A DNA stretch of 24,000 bases from Alphaproteobacteria bacterium (GCA_021774965.1 JAJFIL010000240.1:19659-43658), one strand, 5' to 3'; positions 1 through 9,061 are shown, counted from the stretch's first letter. Numbers and translations: made by a program. The notes: a model not told the origin generated them from the letters alone.

Positions 1-192
1 GAGGTCAAGCTCAAGAGCATGATCACGCCTGACGTTAAACTGGTCACCTACCAGGTGGATTTCACCCGCGTGATCGCGCGCAAGCTGATCATGGGTGTCG
101 CCGATGGCAAGATCTACGCCGATGGCGAGCTGGCCTTTGACATCAAAGGCATGAAGGTTGGCCTGTTCGGCGCGGAAGAAGAGGCTTCCTGA
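1..192 (+). CDS. fabA: 3-hydroxydecanoyl-ACP dehydratase/isomerase FabA, C-terminal fragment (5' end outside window)
   Basis: Frame 1 is open from base 1 to TGA at 190-192. It is absent from the ORF track because it has no in-window start. My translation is [63 protein letters not shown]. This parallels the E. coli FabA C-terminus as I remember it (..RRLIMGLADGEVLVDG..LKVGLF..). fabB follows directly. Confidence 0.8.
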   Translation, partial: EVKLKSMITPDVKLVTYQVDFTRVIARKLIMGVADGKIYADGELAFDIKGMKVGLFGAEEEAS

Positions 193-245
193 TACCAGGA
201 CCCACTATCCGTACACAGAATTCATTGAATACAAGGAGATGCCAA

Positions 246-1460
246 ATGCGGCGTGTAGTCATTACCGGCCTTGGGATCGTATCCAGCCTGGGCAATAACG
301 CGAGCGAGGTTCGTGCCTCCCTGAAAGAAGGCGCCTCCGGCATCACCGCCTCGCCCATGTTCAAGGAAATGGGTTTCCGCAGTCAGGTGGAAGGCGCCGT
401 CAAGCTGGACATCGAAGAAGCCATCGATCGCAAGACACGCCGCTTTATGGGCGATGGCGCAGCTTACGCCTATCTTGCCATGTCCCAGGCCATCAAGGAT
501 GCAGGGCTGGATGAAAACCATATCAGCAATCCGCGCACGGGTTTGGTTGTGGGCTCTGGTGGCCCTTCGACCAAAGCGATTGTCGCCGCTGCCGATATCA
601 CGCGCAAGAACGGTAGCCCAAAGCGCATTGGACCTCTTGCGGTGCCCAAGGCCATGTCGAGCACTTGCTCTGCTGTTCTCTCAACTGAGTTTGCCATCAA
701 GGGCTGGAACTACTCCATCAGCTCAGCCTGCGCGACTTCATCTCACTGTATCGGCAACGCAATGGAGCTGATCCAATGGGGCAAGCAAGATGTGATGTTC
801 GCAGGCGGCGCTGAAGAATTGGATTGGACGCTTGCTGATCTGTTCGATGCCATGGGGGCCATGTCCTCAAAGTACAATGATACGCCCTCAACTGCTTCCC
901 GTGCTTACGATGCCAACCGCGATGGCTTTGTCATTGCAGGCGGGGGCGGCATTCTGGTTCTTGAAGAGCTGGAACATGCAAAGGCGCGCGGCGCAAACAT
1001 CTATGCGGAAATCACCGGCTATGGCGCATCTTCGGACGGCGCCAGCATGGTTGCCCCTTCTGGTGAAGGTGCGGTGCGGTGCATGCAAATGGCATTGCAA
1101 ACAGTAAAAACGCCTGTGCAATACATCAACCCACACGGCACTTCCACGCCGGTGGGAGACACCAAGGAAACCGAAGCCATCCGCGAAGTGTTCGGCTCCG
1201 AGATCCCGTTCATCTCTTCCACCAAATCTTTGTCCGGGCATTCCCAAGGGGCCGCCGGGGCCCACGAAGCAATCTATACATTGTTGATGATGGACGGCGG
1301 GTTCATGAGCGAAAGTGCCCATATCGAAACCATTGATCCGACGATGGCAGATTTGCCCATCCTGCGGGAGATGCGCGAGGACGCAGACTTTAATTGCGCC
1401 TTGTCCAATAGTTTTGGGTTCGGCGGCACCAACGCCACATTGGTCTTCAACAAAATATAA
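246..1460 (+). CDS. fabB: 3-oxoacyl-ACP synthase I (KAS I)
   Basis: The ORF track gives 225..1460. I place the start at ATG 246 ([18 protein letters not shown]) because AAGGAG (233-238) lies 7 nt upstream. The protein has the KAS active-site Cys motif [10 protein letters not shown] and the His motifs [11 protein letters not shown] and [11 protein letters not shown]. Its position right after fabA favours FabB over FabF. Confidence 0.88.
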   Translation: MRRVVITGLGIVSSLGNNASEVRASLKEGASGITASPMFKEMGFRSQVEGAVKLDIEEAIDRKTRRFMGDGAAYAYLAMSQAIKDAGLDENHISNPRTGLVVGSGGPSTKAIVAAADITRKNGSPKRIGPLAVPKAMSSTCSAVLSTEFAIKGWNYSISSACATSSHCIGNAMELIQWGKQDVMFAGGAEELDWTLADLFDAMGAMSSKYNDTPSTASRAYDANRDGFVIAGGGGILVLEELEHAKARGANIYAEITGYGASSDGASMVAPSGEGAVRCMQMALQTVKTPVQYINPHGTSTPVGDTKETEAIREVFGSEIPFISSTKSLSGHSQGAAGAHEAIYTLLMMDGGFMSESAHIETIDPTMADLPILREMREDADFNCALSNSFGFGGTNATLVFNKI

Positions 1461-1484
1461 AAACTGTCGAGCAGGGGACGCGTC

Positions 1485-2294
1485 ATGTCAGAAAAGAATT
1501 ACGCAGGCAGCCTGATGAAGGGCAAGCGCGGCCTTGTCATGGGTGTGGCCAATGAAAAGTCCATCGCCTGGGGCATCGCCAAAATGCTGGCCGAGCACGG
1601 CGCCGAACTGGCGTTTACCTATCAGGGGGATGGGTTTGAGAAACGCGTGCGCCCCTTGGCCGAGTCCGTTGGCTCGGATCTGGTTTTGCCCTGTGATGTA
1701 ACGGACGATGCCTCTCTTGATGCGGTCTTCACAAGCCTGAAAGATAAATGGGGCACGATGGATTTTCTGGTCCATTCGCTGGCCTTCTCGGACAAGAACG
1801 AGCTCACGGGGCGGTTTATCAATACCTCCCGTGAGAACTTCAAGAACTCCATGGATATCTCTGCGTTCTCGTTCATTGACACTTCACGACGGGCCTCCGA
1901 GCTCATGCCTAATGGCGGCAACATCATCACATTGACTTTTGAAGGGGCCACAAAGGTCATCCCCAATTACAACGTCATGGGAGTTGCCAAGGCAGCCCTT
2001 GAATCAGCCACTCGCTATCTAGCTGTTGATCTGGGGGCGGATAATATCCGGGTGAATGCCTTGTCAGCAGGTCCCATGCGCACTTTGGCCGGAGCTGCCA
2101 TCGGCAGTGCGCGCGCCCTTTATCGCTGGAACAAGACGCACTCTCCTATTGCCGAAAACGTGGCCATGGAAGATGTGGGCGGTGCAGGTCTTTACCTGCT
2201 TTCTGATCTATCCGGCGGCGTTACCGGCGAGGTTCATTTTGTGGACAACGGTTATCACGTGGTCGGCGCGCCGAACCCTGCGAACATGGATTAG
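1485..2294 (+). CDS. fabI: enoyl-ACP reductase (NADH), FabI
   Basis: 269-aa ORF with an N-terminal dinucleotide-binding motif (GKRGLVMGVANEKSIAWGIAK) and the SDR-type Tyr/Lys region (PNYNVMGVAKAALES). GGGGA lies 6 nt upstream of ATG 1485. An alternative start at ATG 1515 cannot be excluded. Confidence 0.88.
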   Translation: MSEKNYAGSLMKGKRGLVMGVANEKSIAWGIAKMLAEHGAELAFTYQGDGFEKRVRPLAESVGSDLVLPCDVTDDASLDAVFTSLKDKWGTMDFLVHSLAFSDKNELTGRFINTSRENFKNSMDISAFSFIDTSRRASELMPNGGNIITLTFEGATKVIPNYNVMGVAKAALESATRYLAVDLGADNIRVNALSAGPMRTLAGAAIGSARALYRWNKTHSPIAENVAMEDVGGAGLYLLSDLSGGVTGEVHFVDNGYHVVGAPNPANMD

Positions 2295-2323
2295 TATAAG
2301 AGCATCGCTGCGCACTAGAGGTT

Positions 2324-2857
2324 GTGATACACTGCCGCATGACCACGACAGCCCAGACAGTCAAAGATCTCATCGAAAATGCGTTGGCTTATGTCCAAGA
2401 CCAAAGAGTCCTGCGCCATATCCGAGATTTGTTGGTGGAGCCCTATGTCGTCGATCTGGGCTGGGACTATGGCGAGCTGAAACAAACATACCCGTGCTGG
2501 ATATTGACAGATAAAGAGAAGGACCCCTTCGGTCTTGCCTATTGTGAATTTGGGTTTGGCCCCAAAAAATCGTGGGGATTGACCCAGTATAACTGCGGCA
2601 AGAAAGAGTTTGGGAGGATGGGCGCAGATTTTTGTTGGTACACCTTATTCATGGGTGCCTATTTCGAATCTCAACTTGTAAAGGATTTGGACATTTGGCG
2701 CATATTCAAGGGAAAGACCAACTCTACAACCTCACCTATTTCAGAGGAGGGTTCTTGGGACAATACTTGGAAAAAAATCATGGAGCTTCGAAAGCAAGAT
2801 CCTGCGCATATTTACAATTGTGGCCACACCATCGCATACCGCCCACCTGAACGTTAG
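2324..2857 (+). CDS. hypothetical cytoplasmic protein, Trp/Phe/Cys-rich, no motif recognised
   Basis: 177-codon ORF with no signal peptide or TM segment. The start is uncertain. The ORF-track start at 2324 is GTG, with AGAGG only 2 nt upstream. The first ATG is at 2339 (MTTTAQTVKDL...) and has no SD. The coding call rests only on ORF length and plausible-looking composition. Confidence 0.5.
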   Translation: MIHCRMTTTAQTVKDLIENALAYVQDQRVLRHIRDLLVEPYVVDLGWDYGELKQTYPCWILTDKEKDPFGLAYCEFGFGPKKSWGLTQYNCGKKEFGRMGADFCWYTLFMGAYFESQLVKDLDIWRIFKGKTNSTTSPISEEGSWDNTWKKIMELRKQDPAHIYNCGHTIAYRPPER

Positions 2858-3432
2858 CGGCTATCACAAGCCTGCCGCCGCGCATCCAGACGGAAATCCA
2901 TCTGCCATTCACCTTCATCGTTGCGGCTGCGCTGGATGCGGCTCCACGTATCCGGTCCAGTAATCTCGAACCAGGCATCGGATTGCGTTTCTTCTTCGGG
3001 CATCACTTGCCACATATGAAGCAGGCCGTCTTCTTCAATGCGTGCTTCATAGATGGCGGCAACAGAGTTGCGCGTTTGTTGCCAGGTCATGCGCCAGACC
3101 TGCGCCTCTTCATTCCAGACCCGGACATTAACGCCGTCATTGCCGCGACCTCCATCACGCGAAGGGCCAAACCATTCGTCGATCAGGGCACGGCCACCAA
3201 GACCCCACCAGCCATTCCATTGGGCCACAGCGACCGGCTCGCCCCAGGTGCCGTCTTCCGTAGGCAGAATGAAATCAACTTCGTGATTGCCGATGAGAAA
3301 TTCCCACGCTGCCATTTGCGGAGCCGTGTCGCCATAAGGCGCGCCCACGTCACATCCATCCAGCGCAAACGCGTGGTTACTCATGAGCACGGCCCAGGTA
3401 AAGCCAAGTGCTGCAATTGTTTTCCTGATCAT
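2854..3432 (-). CDS. secreted hypothetical protein (Sec signal peptide), Trp-rich, possibly a small beta-barrel DUF1579-like fold
   Basis: 192-aa ORF. GAGGGA lies 8 nt upstream of ATG 3432. The N-terminus MIRKTIAALGFTWAVLMSNHAFA|LDG has a basic n-region, a hydrophobic core and an AxA cleavage site. The mature part has the pattern FLIGNHEV...W..GW.GLGGRAL.DEW...VW.M.W, which from memory resembles DUF1579-type proteins. That family assignment is low confidence. Confidence 0.6.
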   Translation of the reverse strand: MIRKTIAALGFTWAVLMSNHAFALDGCDVGAPYGDTAPQMAAWEFLIGNHEVDFILPTEDGTWGEPVAVAQWNGWWGLGGRALIDEWFGPSRDGGRGNDGVNVRVWNEEAQVWRMTWQQTRNSVAAIYEARIEEDGLLHMWQVMPEEETQSDAWFEITGPDTWSRIQRSRNDEGEWQMDFRLDARRQACDSR

Positions 3433-3503
3433 GGCGCAGGTCCCTCATGTCGTTCAAACCGCCCAAACGGGTTTGATGTCATCGAACTGATAAGCCGGAC
3501 CCT

Positions 3504-3542
3504 AAACGCGAAACGGGCCCGGTGGCCATGGCCCCGAGCCCG
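3504..3542 (-). terminator. candidate rho-independent terminator downstream of pnp
   Basis: The minus strand reads CGGGCUCGGGGCCAUGGCCACCGGGCCCG, a GC-rich hairpin of about 11 bp with one G-U pair and one bulge. It is followed by UUUCGCGUUU. A second hairpin, GGAAGC-UUCG-GCUUCC (3564-3579), lies between it and the pnp stop codon. Confidence 0.5.
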
Positions 3543-3617
3543 CTTCCAATTCAATTTTATGTGGGAAGCCGAAGCTTCCATCACAGAGGCGTGAGCTGCC
3601 CCACTGCGGGATCGCAG

Positions 3618-5756
3618 TTATTCAGCTGGAGCTGGTTCTTTAGCTTCCAGATCTTCGCCGGTTTCCTGATCAACAACCTTCATGGAAAGGCGAACCTTGC
3701 CGCGGTCGTCAAAGCCCAGGAGCTTGACCTTCACACTGTCGCCTTCGCTGACCACATCGCTCACTTGCGCAACCCGCTTGGCTGCCAGTTGGGAAATGTG
3801 CACCAGGCCATCCTTTGGACCGAAGAAGTTGATGAAGGCACCAAAGTCAACGACCTTCACGACCTTACCGTCATAGATAACGCCCACTTCAGGTTCTGCC
3901 GTCAGCGAATGGATCCATTTGCGGGCTGCTTCGATGCAGGCCAGATCAGGTGAGGCCAGCTTGATGGTGCCGTCATCAGAGACGTCAACCTTCGCACCGG
4001 TTTCAGCAACGATCTCACGGATCACCTTGCCGCCCGTGCCGATCACGTCACGGATCTTATCAACTGGAATGGTCATCACTTCGATGCGCGGTGCATGAGC
4101 ACCCAGATCATCGCGGGATTGGGTCAATGCCTTGGACATTTCGCCCAGGATATGTTCCCGGCCGCCTTTGGCCTGATCCAATGCCTGTTCCATAATGTCT
4201 TTGGTGATGCCCGTGATCTTGATGTCCATCTGAAGGGACGTGATCCCTTCGGAAGTACCGGCCACCTTAAAGTCCATGTCGCCTAAGTGATCTTCATCAC
4301 CCAAGATGTCAGAGAGAATGGCAAAACGATCGCCTTCCTTGATCAAGCCCATGGCAATACCGGCGACTGGACGCTTGAGCGGAACGCCTGCATCCATCAT
4401 GGACAAGGAGCCACCGCAAACCGTGGCCATGGAAGACGAACCATTTGATTCAGTGATCTCAGACACGATGCGGATGGTGTAAGGAAATTCCATCGGACCA
4501 GGCAGAACAGCGCGCAACGCACGCCAAGCCAATTTACCGTGGCCGGTTTCGCGGCGGCTGGTAAAGCCTGTGCGACCCGTCTCACCCACAGAGTAAGGTG
4601 GGAAGTTGTAATGCAACATGAAGTTTTCTTTGTAGGTCCCTTCAAGCGCATCGATGAACTGCTCATCGTCGCCGGTGCCAAGCGTGGTGACCACGATGGA
4701 TTGGGTTTCACCGCGCGTGAACAAAGCAGCGCCGTGTGCACGAGGCAGGATGCCAACTTGGCATTCAATGGGGCGAACCGTTTCAGTGTCGCGACCATCG
4801 ATCCGTGTGCCGGTGTCGAGAATATCGTTACGAACGATATTGCTTTCCAGCTGCTTGAACACGGTGCCGAGGATCTTGGCGTCGATCTTGCCTTCGGTAT
4901 CGTCATCCGTTGGTGCGAACTCAGCCATGACTTTGGCTTTTGCTTCGCCCAAAGCGGCGTAACGAACAGCCTTTTCCTTGTTGCCGTAAGCAGCGCGTAC
5001 TTCACTTTCGATCATGCCTGCCACTTTTTCATACTCGGCGGAAAAATCAGGAGACGTGAAGTCCCAAGGTTCCTTGGCAGCTTCTTCAGCCATGGCGATG
5101 ATCATGTCGATCACAGGCTGCATCTTTTCGTGGCCAAACATGACCGCGCCCAGCATGACTTCTTCAGAAAGCTCTTCAGCTTCTGATTCCACCATCAACA
5201 CAGCATCGCTGGTACCAGCGACAACTAGGTTCAAGGATGAATCATTAAGCTCGTCGACCAATGGGTTCAGCACATATTCGCCTTCGATAAGGCCAACACG
5301 CGCGCCACCGATAGGCCCGCGGAATGGCACGCCCGAAATGGTCAAGGCTGCCGAAGCTGCAACCATCGCCAGGATATCCGGATCATTTTCCAGATCGTGG
5401 CTCATGACCGTGGTGATCACTTGGGTTTCGTTCTTGAAGCCTTCCGCAAACAGGGGACGGATCGGCCGGTCAATCAAGCGACAAGTCAGGGTTTCTTTTT
5501 CCCCTGGACGGCCTTCGCGCTTGAAGAAACCGCCGGGGATTTTGCCGGCGGCGTATGTCTTTTCCTGGTAGTTGACGGTCAGCGGGAAGAAATCCAAGTT
5601 TGGCTTGGGTTGTTTATCCGCGACCACTGTGGCCAACACGGCGGTTTCGCCGTAAGTCGCCAGAACAGCACCGCCAGCTTGACGGGCAATGCGACCAGTT
5701 TCCAGGGTCAGCTCACGGCCGCCCCATTCGATTGTCTTTTTTGTGATATTGAACAT
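3618..5756 (-). CDS. pnp: polyribonucleotide nucleotidyltransferase (PNPase)
   Basis: 712-aa ORF starting [31 protein letters not shown]. It has two RNase PH-like halves, a KH region ([20 protein letters not shown]) and a C-terminal S1 region ([24 protein letters not shown]). It sits downstream of rpsO. Confidence 0.97.
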   Translation of the reverse strand: MFNITKKTIEWGGRELTLETGRIARQAGGAVLATYGETAVLATVVADKQPKPNLDFFPLTVNYQEKTYAAGKIPGGFFKREGRPGEKETLTCRLIDRPIRPLFAEGFKNETQVITTVMSHDLENDPDILAMVAASAALTISGVPFRGPIGGARVGLIEGEYVLNPLVDELNDSSLNLVVAGTSDAVLMVESEAEELSEEVMLGAVMFGHEKMQPVIDMIIAMAEEAAKEPWDFTSPDFSAEYEKVAGMIESEVRAAYGNKEKAVRYAALGEAKAKVMAEFAPTDDDTEGKIDAKILGTVFKQLESNIVRNDILDTGTRIDGRDTETVRPIECQVGILPRAHGAALFTRGETQSIVVTTLGTGDDEQFIDALEGTYKENFMLHYNFPPYSVGETGRTGFTSRRETGHGKLAWRALRAVLPGPMEFPYTIRIVSEITESNGSSSMATVCGGSLSMMDAGVPLKRPVAGIAMGLIKEGDRFAILSDILGDEDHLGDMDFKVAGTSEGITSLQMDIKITGITKDIMEQALDQAKGGREHILGEMSKALTQSRDDLGAHAPRIEVMTIPVDKIRDVIGTGGKVIREIVAETGAKVDVSDDGTIKLASPDLACIEAARKWIHSLTAEPEVGVIYDGKVVKVVDFGAFINFFGPKDGLVHISQLAAKRVAQVSDVVSEGDSVKVKLLGFDDRGKVRLSMKVVDQETGEDLEAKEPAPAE

Positions 5757-5886
5757 TTTCTAGTTCAGTCCTTCATACATTCACGCCGCGCGGGCCCCAT
5801 GCCCGTTGCAGCCACCCTGCCGATTTGTCATTGAGGAAGACCGGACAGGCGGTCCTTAGGTGTGAGGCCCGCATTTGCGAACCCTT

Positions 5887-5918
5887 GAAATGTGCGAAAG
5901 GCCGGGATGATCCCGGCC
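5887..5918 (-). terminator. rpsO terminator/attenuator hairpin
   Basis: The minus strand reads GGCCGGGA-UCA-UCCCGGCC, a perfect 8-bp stem at 5900-5918, followed by UUUCGCACAUUUC. It starts about 17 nt after the rpsO stop codon. Confidence 0.6.
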
Positions 5919-5935
5919 CTTGGCGTAATATGCGA

Positions 5936-6205
5936 TTAGCGACGCAATCCAAGTTTTTCGATCAATGCATCATAACGGCCTTGATCTTTGCCCTTGAGAT
6001 AATCCAGCAACTTGCGGCGGGTCGCCACCATCTTCAAAAGTCCACGACGAGAGTGATTGTCTTTCTTGTGGGATTTGAAATGTTCTGTGAGATTTGAAAT
6101 CCGCTCGGACAGGATAGCAACTTGTACTTCCGGTGAGCCGGTATCGTCTTTCACGCGGGCATGTTCGGACATGACTTCCGCTTTACGTTCTTGAGTAATC
6201 GACAT
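5936..6205 (-). CDS. rpsO: 30S ribosomal protein S15
   Basis: 89-aa ORF: [69 protein letters not shown]. This is the canonical S15 sequence pattern, and the gene lies between truB and pnp. Confidence 0.97.
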   Translation of the reverse strand: MSITQERKAEVMSEHARVKDDTGSPEVQVAILSERISNLTEHFKSHKKDNHSRRGLLKMVATRRKLLDYLKGKDQGRYDALIEKLGLRR

Positions 6206-6223
6206 CGGGTCCCCTTTCTTGGG

Positions 6224-7168
6224 CTAAATATTAAAAACTTTGGCGGGGTGAAGTTGTCCCTGCCGGATGTGACAAATGGCGACCGCATCTCCCTTGTGAG
6301 AGCAAAAGACGGTCTCGTCTGCACCGGCGTCCAGAGAAAACTCATTCCCGCCAAGCACCCTGATGGTTCCCGGCCTCACAAGAACAGCTTGTCCATGTCT
6401 TAGCCGGGAAGCATCTGCGCCCGTCACGGCCAGCGCCGGGATGTCGTCCAGCGCGGTCTCGATAGGCATCAGGTGCTCTGACGCGGGCGGAATATGACCT
6501 AACTCAATCCAATTATCCAGTGTCTTGGCGCAACTTTCGTCAAAGGGACCCACGGCAAGGCGTCGCAGCTCCGACACATAGCCAAAAGTCCCCAATTTCT
6601 GCGCTAAATCACGCACCAGGGACCTCACATAGGTGCCCTTGCCGCACTCGATTTCGAAGATGGCGTGGGTAGGATCAGGGATTTCCATGAGCTCGAAGTC
6701 GAAAACCTCGACCTGGCGAGACTTCATCTCCACATCCTGGCCATCGCGGGCCAGATCATAGGCCCGCTCGCCATTGATCTTGATGGCGGAAAATTTGGGC
6801 GGCACCTGGCTGATCACCCCGGTAAATTCCGGAAGGGCTGCCAGGATCTGCTCCTCGGTTGGGCGTACATCTGAATTGGCGATCACATCGCCCTCTCCAT
6901 CATCCGTATCCCGTGCCTCGCCCCAGTGGGCTGTAAAGCGATAGACCTTTTCGGCATCCTGGATGAAAGGGATGGTTTTGGTCGCCTCTCCAAAAGCAAT
7001 GGGAAGAATGCCCGTGGCCAATGGGTCAAGTGTTCCAGCATGGCCAACTTTTTGAGCGTTCATGGCCCGGCGCATCTTGCCCACAACCTGGGTGGAGGTA
7101 ATGCCTGCAGGTTTGTCCACCACGGCCCAGCCGGAGACCGGATCGCCCTTTTTATTGCGGCGCCCCAT
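6224..7168 (-). CDS. truB: tRNA pseudouridine(55) synthase
   Basis: 314-aa ORF with the TruB catalytic motif (KVGHAGTLDPLATGILPIAFGEATK). The start ATG (7168-7166) shares one base with the rbfA stop TAA (7170-7168). Confidence 0.95.
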   Translation of the reverse strand: MGRRNKKGDPVSGWAVVDKPAGITSTQVVGKMRRAMNAQKVGHAGTLDPLATGILPIAFGEATKTIPFIQDAEKVYRFTAHWGEARDTDDGEGDVIANSDVRPTEEQILAALPEFTGVISQVPPKFSAIKINGERAYDLARDGQDVEMKSRQVEVFDFELMEIPDPTHAIFEIECGKGTYVRSLVRDLAQKLGTFGYVSELRRLAVGPFDESCAKTLDNWIELGHIPPASEHLMPIETALDDIPALAVTGADASRLRHGQAVLVRPGTIRVLGGNEFSLDAGADETVFCSHKGDAVAICHIRQGQLHPAKVFNI

Positions 7169-7605
7169 TAGACTGCATCCTCGCCAGCTTCAGGCTCATC
7201 GTCTTCCGCTTCAACATCGCGGGCGACACGATCAGACCGTAGAAGGGCATCCATCTTTTCCGCCTCGTCAAACAAAGTGTCCGGCTCGAATTTGAAATCC
7301 GGCGTGTACTTAGTGGACATGCGATGGCCGATCTCGCCACGCAGATATTTGGAGCAGCGCTTGAGCCCTTTGAGGATTTCATCCACGTTTCCGCCACCCA
7401 GCTCAGATACATAGGCGGTGGCATGGCGCAAGTCCGGGCTGACCCGCACTTCGGAGACCGTGATAATGCGACCCTCAAGATCCGGGTCCTGCAGTTCACC
7501 GCGTGAGAAGATCTTCGCCATCTCGTGACGAATAAGTTCGCCCACACGCAACTGGCGTTGGCTTGGGCCCTTTGTTGAGTTCGGCCCCGATTTTGATCTG
7601 GTCAT
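7168..7605 (-). CDS. rbfA: ribosome-binding factor A
   Basis: The ORF track gives 7168..7668. I start it at ATG 7605 (MTRSKSGPNSTKGPSQRQLRVGELIRHEMAKIF...), where the RbfA-like sequence begins and AGGAAA precedes the ATG. The upstream 21 codons are Cys-rich and lie over hairpin sequence. Confidence 0.9.
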   Translation of the reverse strand: MTRSKSGPNSTKGPSQRQLRVGELIRHEMAKIFSRGELQDPDLEGRIITVSEVRVSPDLRHATAYVSELGGGNVDEILKGLKRCSKYLRGEIGHRMSTKYTPDFKFEPDTLFDEAEKMDALLRSDRVARDVEAEDDEPEAGEDAV

Positions 7606-7623
7606 TTTCCTGTTCTTTCCACA

Positions 7624-7698
7624 CACGCCAAGGCGTGAGCAACACACGAGGACTGCAAGAGATCTCACAGTCCTCGAGGGCGGGGAATAGGACCCCGC
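7624..7698 (-). other. three tandem hairpins between the lipoprotein pseudogene and rbfA
   Basis: Read on the minus strand: GCGGGG-UCCUAUU-CCCCGC (7680-7698), GAGGACUG-12 nt-CAGUCCUC (7648-7675, perfect 8 bp) and CACGCC-UU-GGCGUG (7624-7637). None has a clean U-tract. Confidence 0.35.
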
Positions 7699-7725
7699 AG
7701 TTTCAATTTCTAACGCGACCGCTGA

Positions 7726-8124
7726 TTAGTTGCAGCGATACAGCTGACGCCCAGCAGCCTGAGCTGCGGCAGGCGGAGATACACCGTCAATGGCAGAACC
7801 GCGGAAGATAAGAATATCACCGCCGTTGTCATCAACGCTTGGCTCGAAGGTCAGCTCGAACACCCGGCCATTAAAGCCCTAGACCGCCGTTAGGCGAGCG
7901 CCGCCCGCGGCATCGGTTTGCCGATAGGCAAGATCGGTTCCCTGAACGGCAACTTCGCCTTGGCGACGATGCATAAACTCAGTTCCGGCAAACTCAATCG
8001 TATCCCGGTCCGCTTCACAGGCCTCAGCGGTGAACCAGCCCCATTTTCCTTCAAGGCTTGGCCCTTGTTCGCTACACGCTACAAGACCCAAAGACATAAG
8101 CAGAATGACAAAAATGCGGTTCAT
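7726..8124 (-). pseudogene. small lipoprotein gene interrupted by an in-frame TAG (81 codons, TAG, then 50 more sense codons before TAA)
   Basis: GGGAGA lies 5 nt upstream of ATG 8124. The N-terminus MNRIFVILLMSLGLVAC has a lipobox (LVAC). The frame stops at TAG (7881-7879). My translation of the same frame continues GFNGRVFELTFEPSVDDNGGDILIFRGSAIDGVSPPAAAQAAGRQLYRCN to TAA (7728-7726). The 50-codon tail is too short to appear in the ORF track. Confidence 0.55.
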
Positions 8125-8215
8125 CGGAATCTCCCAGTACACCCAATAGTCAAATTTATTTGCCAGCTTTTACCATACTCTGACAAGAAATGAAGCCGGT
8201 TTCATCGGCCTCAAC

Positions 8216-9016
8216 TCAGATTACAAATACCATGAACCTTAGCGCTTCAAACCAGTCCGTTGTCTCAAAACAAACAATCCGTTCGTTTTCAACATAAGCA
8301 CCTGGATAGAAGCCCTTACGATAGGCAAGAGCGGCTTTCTTGTACTCGATGGCCACTTTGAACCGCTCAGGGTTTGCCACAAGAAGTCCGCTCAAGTCGC
8401 CTGATAAAGACTTTTCCACGCGGGCCCGAATTTCATCCACAGCCACGTCCGGATGCACGCTGGTTGTCGAGGTCCCTCGCCCTTCCATCGTGGCATAGGT
8501 GCCAATGCCATCGCAATATTCAGCCACTTCATCGCAGAGGGCTTGATCCCCTGAAAGAAAAGCGGTCGGAACCCCATGCATGGCGGCGGTAAAGGCGGAC
8601 AAGCGAAATTCAGATGTGGAGATCTCGTTGATCTTCATTTCCTGAATGACACTGCCGGATTTTGTATGGGCCAGTGGATTGCCGCCGGTCCCGGCGCGCG
8701 CGTGATAGCCGACGAACAGTGTTGCATCAAACGTTGCGTCAATGCCGTCCATCATGGCTTGCGGATGACCGGACCAGCCCCGGTGCAGCCTTGCTTCGCG
8801 CGGCAACATTTCATCATCGATATTGCGCGCAAACCAATGGGCATCCTTGACCAGGATATCCGTTGCCCCTGCGTTGACCGCCCCCTCACAAGCAGCGGCC
8901 ACTTCACGGCTCATACGCTTGGCAAACCGCGGAAAATCCTTGTGATCCGGATTGGTTTCTTCGACGGCTGTTATGCCAGCGACACCTTCAATGTCCGCAG
9001 AGATATAAATCTTCAT
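8216..9016 (-). CDS. M55-family D-aminopeptidase (DppA-like)
   Basis: 266-aa ORF: MKIYISADIEGVAGIT...ILVKDAHW...LFVGYHARAGT. These match the N-terminal MK.Y.S.D.EG..G and LFLGYHARA motifs of B. subtilis DppA as I recall them. The gene starts 45 nt after the infB stop. Confidence 0.8.
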   Translation of the reverse strand: MKIYISADIEGVAGITAVEETNPDHKDFPRFAKRMSREVAAACEGAVNAGATDILVKDAHWFARNIDDEMLPREARLHRGWSGHPQAMMDGIDATFDATLFVGYHARAGTGGNPLAHTKSGSVIQEMKINEISTSEFRLSAFTAAMHGVPTAFLSGDQALCDEVAEYCDGIGTYATMEGRGTSTTSVHPDVAVDEIRARVEKSLSGDLSGLLVANPERFKVAIEYKKAALAYRKGFYPGAYVENERIVCFETTDWFEALRFMVFVI

Positions 9017-9061
9017 GAGAGTATCCCGCTAGGTCTCGTTCATCAAAGCGGGTGGAGCTGA

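Noticed and set aside
7879-7881. Interpreting the in-frame TAG in the lipoprotein gene as pyrrolysine or another recoding event.
   Set aside because: Nothing in the window suggests pyl genes or a recoding signal, and such systems are not expected in this kind of genome. A nonsense mutation, a sequencing error or a genuine truncation are far more likely.
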